Assembly (NCBI GenBank): GCA_963705615.1
Contig: CAVPKE010000007.1
Location: 10,742-74,741, forward strand
Direction: 5' to 3'
From: an uncultured beta proteobacterium
GTDB taxonomy: Bacteria > Pseudomonadota > Gammaproteobacteria > Burkholderiales > SHXO01
Length of the DNA: 64,000 bases
Below, one piece after another: positions 27,039-36,615 of this stretch; position 1 is the stretch's first letter, and each line of letters begins with the position of its first letter. The notes under the pieces are model-generated. The model had not been told where the DNA came from and did no database searches. It saw only the letters and a list, made by a program, of their open reading frames with translations. A program made the translations under genes and the position numbers.

Positions 27039-27971
27039 TCAGCTGCGCCGTACGCCCATGCGCCGCTCCTTGGCGCGCACCAGGCTGCTGATCACCTCGT
27101 TGTACGGAGCAGGCAATCCGACCGCGGCTGCCGCGGGCGGGATGGCGCCGTTGATGGCGTCGATCTCCGAACTGCGGCCGGCCATGTGGTCGAGCAGCAT
27201 CGAAGGGCGAGCGTTCGGGATCTTCATCCCGAACTCGCGCACGTACGCCACCGGATCGCGAAAATCCAATTTGACCTTGCGCGCTCTTGCGACCTCGAAC
27301 GCTTCCACCGCGCAGCCCGAGGCAACCCGCCACGCGTCGGGATCTTCGATGACTTCGATGACCGTGCGCTCGGTCACTGCGCAGGTGCCCGAGTAGCAGA
27401 CGTTGCAGATCAGCTTCTCCCACACGAGCTGGTCGATGTCGTCGAAGCACTTCACTTTGAAGCCACCGGAGCGCCACACTTCGGCGATCTTCTCGAGGCG
27501 CGGGGTTACCGGCCCACTCAGCTCGCCGAGTCGCACCAGCTCCCAGCCATTGTGATGGGCATGGCCCGGCCCTCGCATCGACGCACCGAACCCGCCCACG
27601 ACGCCGACCACGACGCGCTCGCGGCCCAGTACGCGCGCCGCGGTATCCGGCCCGCCCAGGCCGTTCTGGATGGACAGCACTACGCTGTGTGGGCCGAGCA
27701 ACGGCTTGACCGACTCGGCGGCTTGCGCGACATGCATCGCTTTGGTCGCGATGATGACGAGCTCGCAGACGCCCGCCTCCGCGGGTTGCGTGGTGGCGTG
27801 CAAGCGCACGGTCCGATCGCCGGAAGCGCCTTCGACGCGCAGGCCGTTTTTCCGTATCGCGTCGATGTGCTCGCCCCAGGTGTCGCTGGCCCACACCTCG
27901 TGCCCCGCCGCAGCCAGCAGCCCGGCGTACACGGAGCCCATGGCGCCGACGCCGACGACGGCGATCTTCAT
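27039..27971 (-). CDS. panE: 2-dehydropantoate 2-reductase (ketopantoate reductase, ApbA/PanE family)
   Basis: MKIAVVGVGAMGSVYAGLLAAAGHEVW...VIIATKA...VLSIQNGLG...WEKLICNV..SGTCAVT...PSMLLDHMAGRSSEIDAINGAI. Confidence 0.8.
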   Translation of the reverse strand: MKIAVVGVGAMGSVYAGLLAAAGHEVWASDTWGEHIDAIRKNGLRVEGASGDRTVRLHATTQPAEAGVCELVIIATKAMHVAQAAESVKPLLGPHSVVLSIQNGLGGPDTAARVLGRERVVVGVVGGFGASMRGPGHAHHNGWELVRLGELSGPVTPRLEKIAEVWRSGGFKVKCFDDIDQLVWEKLICNVCYSGTCAVTERTVIEVIEDPDAWRVASGCAVEAFEVARARKVKLDFRDPVAYVREFGMKIPNARPSMLLDHMAGRSSEIDAINGAIPPAAAAVGLPAPYNEVISSLVRAKERRMGVRRS

Positions 27972-27981
27972 CGTCGCAACG

Positions 27982-28968
27982 TCAATGGATCTGTTGGATG
28001 CCCGCCAGCAGCCAGCCGCTGCGGCCGTTCTTCGGCTTGACCAGATTCCACACTTCCTCGACCGGCTCGCCGCTGGCCTGGTCGTTTTCCCGGATGGTGC
28101 CGGTGAATTTCACGCTGGCCAGGTAGTCGGTTGGACTCTCCTCGATGCCCAGCAGATCGGCGTCGAGCGCGACGACGTCGGTGCGGTTGGCTGCGCCCTT
28201 GCTCTCGTCGATCTGCATCCTGAGCTCGGCGAAGACTTCAGGCGTGGTGAACTCGCGGATGTCAGCCAGGTTCCTGGCGTCCCACGCCTCCTGCAACCGG
28301 ATGAAATTGACCTTGGCGCTGCGGATGAACGCGGGCGTGTCGAATCCGGCCGGCACACCCCATTGCTCCGCCGTCGCACCCAGCGCCGCTGCCGACCCGG
28401 GCGTCGCCGCCGATCCCAGCGCCGCCACTGATCCTGGTTGCGCCATTTCGGATGCCGAATCGTAGGTGCGCACGGGCGCATTGCCCACGCTGCCATAAGC
28501 CGGCTCCGCAGTGCGCTGGAGCGCGGGTCTGTTACTGGCGCCGCGCAGCAAACGCCAGATCCACACGGCAGCGAGCACCAGCAACCCCACTACGAGCATG
28601 CTGCCCAAGGCGTCGGCCAAGGCTCCACCGAGACCGAAATGGGACAGAAGCGCGGCAATCCCCAGGCCCGCTGCTATGCCAGCGATTGGACCGAACCACC
28701 GATTGCCGGTCGGTTGCGGTTGCGCCGCGGGGGGCGGGGCCTGTCTCTGACCCGCCTGCTGGGCCGGTGCGGTCTGCGTCGCCGCATCCCGAGAGGGCGG
28801 CGCCGCTTGTCTCGTCACATTGGGCGACTGGCGGCCGAAGCTCCTCCCGCCTCCCATCCGCGCGGCCTCGACATCCTGCACGACCATGCCCAAACCGACG
28901 AAGACCGCAAACGCGACCGCGATCGCGCGCGCCGTCCAACTCCGCGAACCGATGTTGAAGCTTTTCAT
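27982..28968 (-). CDS. Tim44-like domain-containing membrane protein
   Basis: MKSFNIGSRSWTARAIAVAFAVFVGLG...GGGRSFGRQ...TM (IAGIAAGLGIAALL)...FDTPAFIRSAKVNFIRLQEAWDARNLADIREFTTPEVFAELRMQI...YLASVKFTGTIREN...EEVWNL. The 115 N-terminal codons of the track ORF were rejected. Confidence 0.8.
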   Translation of the reverse strand: MKSFNIGSRSWTARAIAVAFAVFVGLGMVVQDVEAARMGGGRSFGRQSPNVTRQAAPPSRDAATQTAPAQQAGQRQAPPPAAQPQPTGNRWFGPIAGIAAGLGIAALLSHFGLGGALADALGSMLVVGLLVLAAVWIWRLLRGASNRPALQRTAEPAYGSVGNAPVRTYDSASEMAQPGSVAALGSAATPGSAAALGATAEQWGVPAGFDTPAFIRSAKVNFIRLQEAWDARNLADIREFTTPEVFAELRMQIDESKGAANRTDVVALDADLLGIEESPTDYLASVKFTGTIRENDQASGEPVEEVWNLVKPKNGRSGWLLAGIQQIH

Positions 28969-29101
28969 AGTGCTGTGGATATCTCCGAAGATCGTCTTGA
29001 AGGCACCGCTGAAACATGTGGGCGGAAACGCCGGTTGCAAGCATACACCGGCCCTGACTCGAACTGTTTTGCTCCGCCGAATTGCGGTAGGCTGACGCAC
29101 C

Positions 29102-29416
29102 ATGCTTGTACGATTCGACAGTGAGGTCGGCGGCTTCACGATGTTCGGGGAGCCCGCGGTCAAGCTGCTCAAGATGATGGGCCACAGCGGGACGGTGCCC
29201 AGCGCGATCCTGGCGCAAGATATCCCCGCCGCTCTCACACGCCTCAAGGCAGCCGTCGCCGCCGAGCCCGAGTCGCCCCTGCCCGAATCCGAGCGCAACG
29301 CCGACGACGCCAAACCGGAGCCGAAGGTCTCGCTGCGGCAGCGAGCCTACCCGCTGATCGACTTGCTCACCCGCGCAGAGAAGCGCGGCTGCAACGTCAT
29401 GTGGAGCGTGCCATGA
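29102..29416 (+). CDS. DUF1840 domain-containing protein
   Basis: [55 protein letters not shown]...[24 protein letters not shown]. It overlaps the upp start (ATGA). Confidence 0.7.
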   Translation: MLVRFDSEVGGFTMFGEPAVKLLKMMGHSGTVPSAILAQDIPAALTRLKAAVAAEPESPLPESERNADDAKPEPKVSLRQRAYPLIDLLTRAEKRGCNVMWSVP

Positions 29417-30063
29417 AACAGGATCTTCGCTTCCCCAACCTGTTCATCCTCGATCATCCGCTGATCCAGCACAAGCTCACGCACATGCGGGACAAGACCA
29501 CCTCCACGCGCACTTTCCGCCAGCTGCTGCGGGAGATCACGCTGCTGATGGGCTACGAGGTGACGCGCAATCTGCCGCTGACCACGCGCACGATCGAAAC
29601 ACCGCTCACCACCATGCAGGCGCCGGTCATCGCCGGGAAGAAGCTCACCGTCGTGCCCGTGCTGCGGGCCGGCATCGGCATGGCGGACGGGCTGCTGGAG
29701 CTGATCCCCTCGGCGCGCGTGGGACACATCGGCCTGTACCGCGACGAGAGCCACCGGCCGGTGGAGTACGTGGTGCGGCTGCCCGAGGTGGAGGGCCGCA
29801 TCTTCATCTTGTGCGACCCGATGATCGGCACCGGCTACTCGGCCGCGCACGCGGTCGAGGTGCTCAAGAAGCGCGGCGTTGCGGCCAAGGACATCTTGTT
29901 CCTTGCGCTGGTCGCCTCGCCCGAGGGTGTGCAGGTGTTCCAGGAGAGGCATCGCGACGTGCCGATGTTCGTCGGCGCTCTCGACGATCACCTGGACGAG
30001 CACGCCTACATCGTCCCCGGACTGGGGGATGCCGGAGATCGACTGTTCGGGACCAAAAACTGA
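29413..30063 (+). CDS. upp: Uracil phosphoribosyltransferase
   Basis: ...[38 protein letters not shown]...[32 protein letters not shown]...[14 protein letters not shown]...[17 protein letters not shown]. Confidence 0.95.
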   Translation: MKQDLRFPNLFILDHPLIQHKLTHMRDKTTSTRTFRQLLREITLLMGYEVTRNLPLTTRTIETPLTTMQAPVIAGKKLTVVPVLRAGIGMADGLLELIPSARVGHIGLYRDESHRPVEYVVRLPEVEGRIFILCDPMIGTGYSAAHAVEVLKKRGVAAKDILFLALVASPEGVQVFQERHRDVPMFVGALDDHLDEHAYIVPGLGDAGDRLFGTKN

Positions 30064-30133
30064 GCACCGGACAGCACAGCAGGCCGTCGGATCATGTCCG
30101 GCTCGATCTGATGGGAGCCGGCTCGCGCTGCCG

Positions 30134-31201
30134 TCAGGCCAGCGAGACGGCGCGGCCGAGGCGCGCCGACTCCTGCGCCGCCAGAGCGAAGCGCAGGATC
30201 TCGCGCCCCTGCTCACCGGTCAGCACGGGCGGCCGTCCGCCGAGTAGTGCATCGATGTGGTGCCGGGTGGACTCCACGAAGCTGCTCTCCCAGCCGCTCG
30301 CGAGGTTGGAGAAGCCGCGCATCTCGCCGTCCGCGTACAGCATGACGCGGCGGCTGGTCGGAGATCTTGCCGTGGCCGCGCGTGATCCAGAGCACGCCGC
30401 GGGTGCCGGTGATCTCCAGGCGGTCGTCCTGAGCGTAGTGCACCGTGTCGATCTCCAGCTCGCGCGAGTAGACCGCTTCGAGGTTGCCATAGCGTCCGCC
30501 GGCGAACTTCCACGAGATGATAGCCGGGCTGTCGACCACCTTGCCCGGCGCGACCTCGGTGCGGTCGATCCACGCGTGCACCTGCTCGGCCATGCCCATG
30601 AAGTGCCAGGCCAGCGCAAACTTGTGGTGGCCGTCGTCGAACGATGATCGGCCCGCCGCCGTTTTTCGCCGGGTCCAGACGCCAGGCCTGGGCTGCCGGG
30701 GGCATCGTCCACGCCGTCCGGCTCACGCCGAAGTTGCTCTTGATGCGGATGGTCAGCGGATCGCCGATCGCGCCCGAGTCGATCAGCGTTTTGGCCTTCA
30801 TCACCGGCGGATAGAACAGAAAATTCTCGAAGACGCGGAGCACGACGCCGGCGCGGCGGGCCTCCGCGATCATCTCGTCGGCCTGCGCCAGATCGATCGC
30901 CATCGGCTTCTGCACGGACACATGCTTGCCGGCCCTGACCGCGGCCAACGTCGCCGGGTGATGAAGATGGTGCGGAAGGAGGATCTCGACCAGGTTCACC
31001 TCGTCGCAGGCCAGCAGATCCGAGTAGTCGGCAAACACGAAACGGTTCGAAACGCCCCAGCGCTGCGCCTGACGCCGCGCAATACCCGGCGTCCGCATCG
31101 CACACCGCGACGATCTCCGCCCGCGGATTCTGCAGGTACTCGATGGCGTGCAGGTCCGATATGCGCCCTGCTCCGATGAAGCCGGCCCTGATCTTGTCCA
31201 T
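30134..31201 (-). CDS. Gfo/Idh/MocA-family oxidoreductase with 3 frame changes
   Basis: MDKIRAGFIGAGRISDLHAIEYLQNPRAEIVAVCDA joins ...ARRQAQRWGVSNRFVFADYSDLLACDEVNLVEILLPHHLHHPATLAAVRAGKHVSVQKPMA..., then ...HHKFALAWHFMGMAEQVHAW...LEITGTRGVLWI..., then ...GWESSFVESTRHHIDALLGGRPPVLTGEQGREILRFALAAQESA. Frame changes near 31090, 30650 and 30355. Confidence 0.85.
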   Translation of the reverse strand: MDKIRAGFIGAGRISDLHAIEYLQNPRAEIVAVCDADAGYCAASGAALGRFEPFRVCRLLGSAGLRRGEPGRDPPSAPSSSPGDVGRGQGRQACVRAEADGDRSGAGRRDDRGGPPRRRRAPRLREFSVLSAGDEGQNADRLGRDRRSADHPHQEQLRREPDGVDDAPGSPGLASGPGEKRRRADHRSTTATTSLRWPGTSWAWPSRCTRGSTAPRSRRARWSTARLSSRGSSPADAMATSKRSTRASWRSTRCTTLRTTAWRSPAPAACSGSRAATARSPTSRRVMLYADGEMRGFSNLASGWESSFVESTRHHIDALLGGRPPVLTGEQGREILRFALAAQESARLGRAVSLA

Positions 31202-31362
31202 TCCTCGCTTCCGGTCATGTCTGCTGCCGCAGTGCCGTGTCCCTGTCGATCGATCCGGCGGGAGCAGACGTCGAGCATTGTGCAACGGATCGCGGCGCAG
31301 CGTAGTACGCATGGCAGTTTGGGCATAATCCGCCGCATGAAAGCGCGTGGTGGGACAGGCTG

Positions 31363-32898
31363 ATGGAGCCCGGCATAACCTATGACCTGCTGATCATCGG
31401 CGGCGGCATCAACGGCGCCGGGATCGCGCGCGATGCCGCCGGCCGCGGCTTGCGGGTGGCGCTGTGTGAGCGGGGCGACTTCGCGGGCGCAACCTCATCG
31501 GCCAGCACCAAGCTGATCCACGGCGGGCTGCGTTACCTGGAGCACGGCGAGCTGCGCATGGTGCGCGACGCGCTCGGAGAGCGCGAGGCGCTGCTCGCAA
31601 TCGCGCCACACATCACGCGCCAGCTGCGCTTTGTCTTGCCTCACGTGCGCGAGCTGCGACCGGCGTGGATGATCCGGCTCGGCCTGCTGCTCTACGACCA
31701 CCTGGGCGCCCGCTCCAGTCTGCCGCCGTCGCACAGCGTGGATCTGCAGGCCTCGCACTACGGCGAGGCGCTCAAGCCGGAGCTGCGCAGGGGCTTCGTC
31801 TACTCCGACGGCTGGGTGGACGACGCCCGTCTAGTGATCCTCAACCTGCGCTCTGCCCTGCTCCACGGCGCCACCATCCTGCCGCGCACGCGCTTCGTGG
31901 CCGCGCGCCCCGAGCACCGGAGCTGGCTCGCGCGCCTGCAAAGCAGCGACGGACGCTGGATGGATGTTCGCGCCCGCATGCTGGTCAACGCGGCTGGCCC
32001 TTGGGTCGACGACGTGTTGTCCGCCACATCGGCAGCTCCTGTGCGCCCGCGCGTGCGGCTGGTCAAGGGCAGCCACATCGTCGTGCAGCGCTTGTACGAT
32101 GGCGATCACGCCTATCTGCTGCAGAACGACGACCGACGCGTCGTGTTCGTGATCCCGTTCGGAGCGAACCATACGGTGATCGGAACCACCGATCTGGCAG
32201 TGGACTCGCCGCTGGCGCCAATGACCAGCAGCCCAGCTGAGGTCGAGTATCTGTGCAAGGCGGCCACGCGCTACCTGCGAAAACCTGTTGCGCCGGAGCA
32301 GGTGGTCTGGAGCTATGCGGGGGTGCGCGCGCTGTTCGATGACCGCCACCGGGATCCCGCCTCCATTACGCGCGATTACACGCTGGCGCTCGACGAGGTG
32401 AACGGCTCGATCGTGCTGTCCATCCTGGGAGGCAAGCTCACGGTCTACCGCCGTCTCGCGGAGGCGGCCTTGGCCAAGCTTCAGCCCTGGCTCGAGCCGC
32501 GCCGGGGCGCGTGGACCGCGGGCGAGCCGCTCCCCGGAGGTGCCCTCGGAGCGGGAGGTCTCGGCGGGCTCATCGATCAGCTGCGCGGGCGATATCCAGG
32601 TCTGCCACCGCCGCTGGTGCAGGCGCTGGCGCAGCGGCACGGCGCGCTAACCGACGCAGTTCTAGGAGATGCGCGCAGCCAAGCCGACTTGGGCATTCAC
32701 TTCGGCGCTCATCTGTTCGAGCGCGAAGTGGACTACCTCATCCGGCATGAATGGGCGCAGACCGGCGACGACGTCCTGTGGCGGCGAACCAAAGCCGGCC
32801 TCGATATGCCTGCGGCGGAGCGCACCCGCGTGGACGACTACGTGCGCGAGCACGCCGCGCGTCGGGCAGCAGATCCCTCCCCCGCTCGCGGGGCGTAA
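31363..32898 (+). CDS. glpD: FAD-dependent glycerol-3-phosphate dehydrogenase
   Basis: MEPGITYDLLIIGGGINGAGIARDAAGRGLRVALCERGDFAGATSSASTKLIHGGLRYLEHGELRMVRDAL.ERE.LL..APH. The ORF is an intact 511 aa. Confidence 0.9.
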   Translation: MEPGITYDLLIIGGGINGAGIARDAAGRGLRVALCERGDFAGATSSASTKLIHGGLRYLEHGELRMVRDALGEREALLAIAPHITRQLRFVLPHVRELRPAWMIRLGLLLYDHLGARSSLPPSHSVDLQASHYGEALKPELRRGFVYSDGWVDDARLVILNLRSALLHGATILPRTRFVAARPEHRSWLARLQSSDGRWMDVRARMLVNAAGPWVDDVLSATSAAPVRPRVRLVKGSHIVVQRLYDGDHAYLLQNDDRRVVFVIPFGANHTVIGTTDLAVDSPLAPMTSSPAEVEYLCKAATRYLRKPVAPEQVVWSYAGVRALFDDRHRDPASITRDYTLALDEVNGSIVLSILGGKLTVYRRLAEAALAKLQPWLEPRRGAWTAGEPLPGGALGAGGLGGLIDQLRGRYPGLPPPLVQALAQRHGALTDAVLGDARSQADLGIHFGAHLFEREVDYLIRHEWAQTGDDVLWRRTKAGLDMPAAERTRVDDYVREHAARRAADPSPARGA

Positions 32899-32903
32899 GA
32901 AGC

Positions 32904-33380
32904 ATGCGCGTCTGGCTCCTCTTCCTTCCCCTGCTGGTCGGTTGTTCACCTTCCACGCCGGCGCAGATCTACCTCCCAAACCACGAGCGCACCCCTGGCG
33001 CCATCGATCCGAGGGTCACGCAGGAGAATCTGCAGGCGACGGTCTGCGCGACGGGATGGACAAAGACGATTCGCCCGCGGTCCTCCTACACGGAAAAGCT
33101 CAAGAAGCGGCAGATGCGCGAGCTCGGTCTGCCCGGTACGCCTCAGGACTATCGCGAAGATAACCGAATCCCGCTGTGTGCTGGAGGGCACCCGACCGAC
33201 CCGCACAACTTGTGGCCCCAGCCGGTGAACGGCAAGTGGACCGACAAGGTTAAGGATCAGCTGGAGGTGAGCGTGTGCCGGCAGGTGTGCAAGGGCGATA
33301 TCACGCTGAAGGAAGGGCAGGCGATCTTCTTCGCGCCGGATTGGACGAAGGCCTACTTGCAGTACTTCGGGATGAAGTAG
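32904..33380 (+). CDS. Lipoprotein with an HNH-like motif in which the expected His is Asn
   Basis: Lipobox LLVGC, then TPGAIDPRVTQENLQATVCATGWTKTIRP...YREDNRIPLCAGGHPTDPHNLWPQP...KDQLEVSVCRQVCKGDITLKEGQ. This resembles the yE(E)DHliPLelGG...NLWPq family as I recall it. Confidence 0.55.
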   Translation: MRVWLLFLPLLVGCSPSTPAQIYLPNHERTPGAIDPRVTQENLQATVCATGWTKTIRPRSSYTEKLKKRQMRELGLPGTPQDYREDNRIPLCAGGHPTDPHNLWPQPVNGKWTDKVKDQLEVSVCRQVCKGDITLKEGQAIFFAPDWTKAYLQYFGMK

Positions 33381-33473
33381 AGCGACAAGTGGTGCAGGAT
33401 GCGGTGACCCACCCACTTGACATCGATACGGCGGAGCCGCGAATCGCCGGCTCCGCCGACTTCGGGCGCGCTG

Positions 33474-33728
33474 TCAGCTGCGGCCGAAACGCTCGAGGCA
33501 GGACTTCTCATCCATGGTCACGAAGCCCTTGCCCTTGCAGGCGTTGTGTCCCTTGCAAGAGTTCATCGAGGTCTTGCATTCCGCCTGGCCCTTGCACGCG
33601 TTGGCGCCGTAACACTTCACCTTCACTGTGCCGCCGTCGTCGGCAGCCATGGTGGGCACGCCGGTCACGAACAGCGCTGCCGCAGCGGTCGCCAGCGCGG
33701 CACCCATCAGTCTCCGATTCCTGTTCAT
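33474..33728 (-). CDS. Small secreted 6-Cys protein, a candidate BufA2-type (bufferin-like) RiPP precursor
   Basis: Checked codon by codon: MNRNRRLMGAALATAAAALFVTGVPTMA|ADDGGTVKVKCYGANACKGQAECKTSMNSCKGHNACKGKGFVTMDEKSCLERFGRS*. Strong AAGGAG RBS and a Sec signal. The six Cys residues sit in repeated C-K-G/N-x-C contexts. Confidence 0.65.
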   Translation of the reverse strand: MNRNRRLMGAALATAAAALFVTGVPTMAADDGGTVKVKCYGANACKGQAECKTSMNSCKGHNACKGKGFVTMDEKSCLERFGRS

Positions 33729-33875
33729 CGTTGCAGCTCCTTTCGTAGAATGGGTTGTAGAGTCCCCGGCCGGAGCGTTACTCTGTAAAGCCGCGCACAC
33801 GGAGACTCCGAATCCTTCTACGGGACCGGTGCGGGTTCGGATGCAGGCGCGGGTTCGGATGCAGAGGAGCCGACG

Positions 33876-34310
33876 ATGATCGACAAAGTCCTGGTTGCAT
33901 ACGACGGCACGCGCGAGGGCCGGACCGGCCTGTTCGAGTTCACCGCGACGGTCGCCCTCAAAGAAGCGGAGATCCATCTGCTCGCCGTGGTGGCAATGCC
34001 CCCCGGCGCCTTTCTCTCCGACGGCTTCGCGCCCGATGCGGTGATGGAGGAAGAGAAGAACCGATACGAGGAGATCGCCCGGGAGGGCGTGCAACTGCTA
34101 GCCGAGCGCGGCTACCGGGCCACGCCGCACCTGGCCTACGGCGACCCCACTCAGGAGATCGTCCGGATGGCTGCCGAACTGCCGGCAAACCTGATCGTCG
34201 TCGGACACAAGCGCCACCGCTCGCTGGCCGCGCGCTGGTGGAAGAGCTCGGTGGGGATTTCGCTGCTGGAGCACGCGCCCTGCAGCATCCTGGTAGCGGT
34301 TTGCGACTAG
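33876..34310 (+). CDS. Universal stress protein (UspA family)
   Basis: MIDKVLVAYDGTREG....EIHLLAVV...EIVRMAAELPANLIVVGHKRHRSL..RWWKSSVGISLLEHAPCSILV. Confidence 0.85.
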   Translation: MIDKVLVAYDGTREGRTGLFEFTATVALKEAEIHLLAVVAMPPGAFLSDGFAPDAVMEEEKNRYEEIAREGVQLLAERGYRATPHLAYGDPTQEIVRMAAELPANLIVVGHKRHRSLAARWWKSSVGISLLEHAPCSILVAVCD

Positions 34311-34320
34311 CCCGAAGGAC

Positions 34321-34650
34321 TCAAGCGCTCTCGTACACTTCGGCGGTCGCTTGCAGGCGCGTGACTATGGTCTGAGCAACCTGCGCGAGGGACTGTTCGG
34401 TCTGCGCTTCGAACCAGCGATCGGACAGCGGGATAACGTGGTTGCGACCCTCGAAGGCGATGAGGAAGCGGTGCTGGGGACCGGCGCGTTCGTAGTCCAG
34501 GCCCGCACGCGGCAGCATGGCCGTCAGCAGCTCCAGCAAGGTGCCTGCCTTGAGTTCCATGCTCTCGGACATCTGATCCCCCAGCGATTCGCCCTCTCGC
34601 CCTCGGACCGTCGATCGTGCAGTCGGTTCCGCACCCAATAGTTTCCGCAC
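34321..34650 (-). CDS. Hypothetical protein (start uncertain; MSESMELK at 34572 is possible)
   Basis: The ORF has a GC3-rich codon pattern: ...MELKAGTLLELLTAMLPRAGLDYERAGPQHRFLIAFEGRNHVIPLSDRWFEAQTEQSLAQVAQTIV. I recognised no family. Confidence 0.4.
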   Translation of the reverse strand: MRKLLGAEPTARSTVRGREGESLGDQMSESMELKAGTLLELLTAMLPRAGLDYERAGPQHRFLIAFEGRNHVIPLSDRWFEAQTEQSLAQVAQTIVTRLQATAEVYESA

Positions 34651-34721
34651 CCCAATGCAGGGAGCGTTCCACGTCCCGAAAAACGTCTGTCGCCAGAGGC
34701 TTATCCACCATTCGCGGAGCG

Positions 34722-34740
34722 CGCTGAGCGACGCTCAGCG
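34722..34740. promoter_or_regulatory. Perfect 19-bp palindrome CGCTGAGCG-a-CGCTCAGCG in a divergent intergenic region
   Basis: Read directly from the sequence. It lies between the minus-strand hypothetical gene and the plus-strand NCS2 permease. Confidence 0.3.
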
Positions 34741-35009
34741 ACCATCCGCAGCGCGGAATGTCATGGACCGCCTTTGCACGCGCCCGGTATGCTGCTGGCG
34801 TGCCCGCCCGGGTTCGAGCGCGCGCAACCGCTCTAGACGATGCGCCAGCGGAGGTGCATGCTAGGCGCCTCGCCGGTTGGGGCCCGGCGCGCAGTGCAGG
34901 GCTTGGCCTATGCCAGTGACTTGGCATGGACCAACTCGAAGCTGCATCCGCGTGGGCTCCGCGGGCGAGCACAACGCTGTACAACAAAAGCACGGGAGGA
35001 AACGTAACC

Positions 35010-36615
35010 ATGGCCACTGCTAACTCTGCTGTAGCCCCGCGATGGTGGGTGCCGGGCGACTGGAACGGGTTCTTCGGGCTGTTCACCAATGTTCTTCTCA
35101 ATGTCATTGTCCTGACCACGCTGTGCTTGTACGTGGTTCAGCTTCCCGCCGACACGGTGTTCGGGCGGGTGCTGCCGGCGATGGGGATCGCGCTGCCGTT
35201 GGGTAATCTGTTTTACGCCTACCTCGCCTGGGACCTCGCGAAGAGGGAAGGGCGGACGCACCGTGACGGCGATGCCGTACGGGCCGAGTGTGCCGCACAT
35301 GTTCATCGTGGTGCTGGTGATCATGCTGCCCACCTATCTGCAGACCAAGGATCCGATACTGGCTTGGCAAGCGGGGCTGGCGTGGTGCTTCATCATCGGC
35401 GTGATCGTGCTGCTGGGCGCGTTCGTCGGGCCGTGGATCCGCAAGATGACGCCGCGCGCGGCCATGCTGGGGACGCTGGCCGGAATCTCGATCGCGTTCA
35501 TCTCGATGCGCCCGGCGTTCCAGATGTGGGAGGTTCCCTGGATCGGGTTCGCCTGCTTCGCCATCGTGCTCATCGCCTGGACCGCTAACATCCGGCTGCC
35601 GGGCGGCCTTCCGGGAGGACTCGCGGCGGTGATCGTCGGCGTCATCATCGGCTGGGCGGCCGCGGCCTTCGGCTGGAACGACTACATGAAAGCCGAGGGC
35701 GTGCGCAAAGCCTTCGAGACTTTCGGTCTGCACCTGCCGTGGTTCTCAGGGGACGTGTTCACCGGCCTGAAGAGTATCGGGCCGCTGCTCGCCACCGCTA
35801 TTCCGCTGGGGATCTACAACTTCACGGAAGCCATGAACAACGTGGAGAGCGCCTCGGCCGCGGGCGATAACTACAACCTGCGCAAGATCCTGCTCGCCGA
35901 CGGCGCCGGGGCGATCGTGGGCTCGCTGCTCGGCAGCCCGTTCCCGCCCGCGGTGTACATCGGCCATCCGGGCTGGAAGTCGGTGGGCGGCCGCATCGGC
36001 TACTCGCTGGCCACCGGAGTGTGCATCGCGCTGGTCTGCTTCCTCGGGCTCACCGCCTTGCTGCTGAACGTGATCCCGCTGGTGGCAATCCTGCCGATCC
36101 TGCTCTACATCGGCCTGGTCATCGGTGCTCAGGCGTTCCAGGCGAGCCCGTCGAATCATGCACCCGCGGTAGTGCTCGCGCTCATCCCGAACATCGCCGA
36201 GTGGGCCAAGATCAACATCGACGGTGCACTCGGGGCGGCCGCGACCAACGCCGACAAAGTTGGCCTGGCCGCTCTGGGGCAGGTGGGAGTCGTGTACCAG
36301 GGCATGGCGCTGCTGGGCGGCGGCTCGGTTCTGGCGGGCATGGTGCTGGGCGCGATGGCCGCGTTCATCATCGATCGCAAGCTGACGCACGCCGCAGTCA
36401 CGGCCTTCGTCGGAGCCGCGCTGTCGTGGGTCGGACTGATTCACGGACCCGCGCTCGGCTGGCAGGTGTCGCCGCTGGTGGCGCTAGGCTACGTGATGTT
36501 CGGCGCTCGTGTGCCTCGCGCTGTCGAGGCAGATCGCGCCGTCGTCCGCGAAGAGCTGAGCTCACGCACTGCACACTCCCCTGCGCTCAGCGCGGGGGAG
36601 TACCTCAAGCCGTGA
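35010..36615 (+). CDS. NCS2-family (AzgA-like purine/nucleobase) permease; a frame change near 35255 and possibly another near 36505
   Basis: MATANSAVAPRWWVPGDWNGFFGLFTNVLLNVIV...LPLGNLFYAYLAW.LA joins TAMPYGPSVPHMFIVVL...AMLGTLAGISIAFI...NFTEAMNNVESASAAGDNYNLRKILLADGAGAIVGSLLGSPFPPAVYIGHPGWK. GGGAGGA RBS. Confidence 0.85.

Noticed and set aside
28969-29313. N-terminal extension of the Tim44-like ORF, and similarly 41691-41890 (DUF2877 ORF) and 18053-18382 (PEP-mutase ORF)
   Set aside because: The extensions overlap neighbouring genes or intergenic DNA and have non-protein-like composition. Internal starts with RBS-like sequences give proteins of the normal length for each family.
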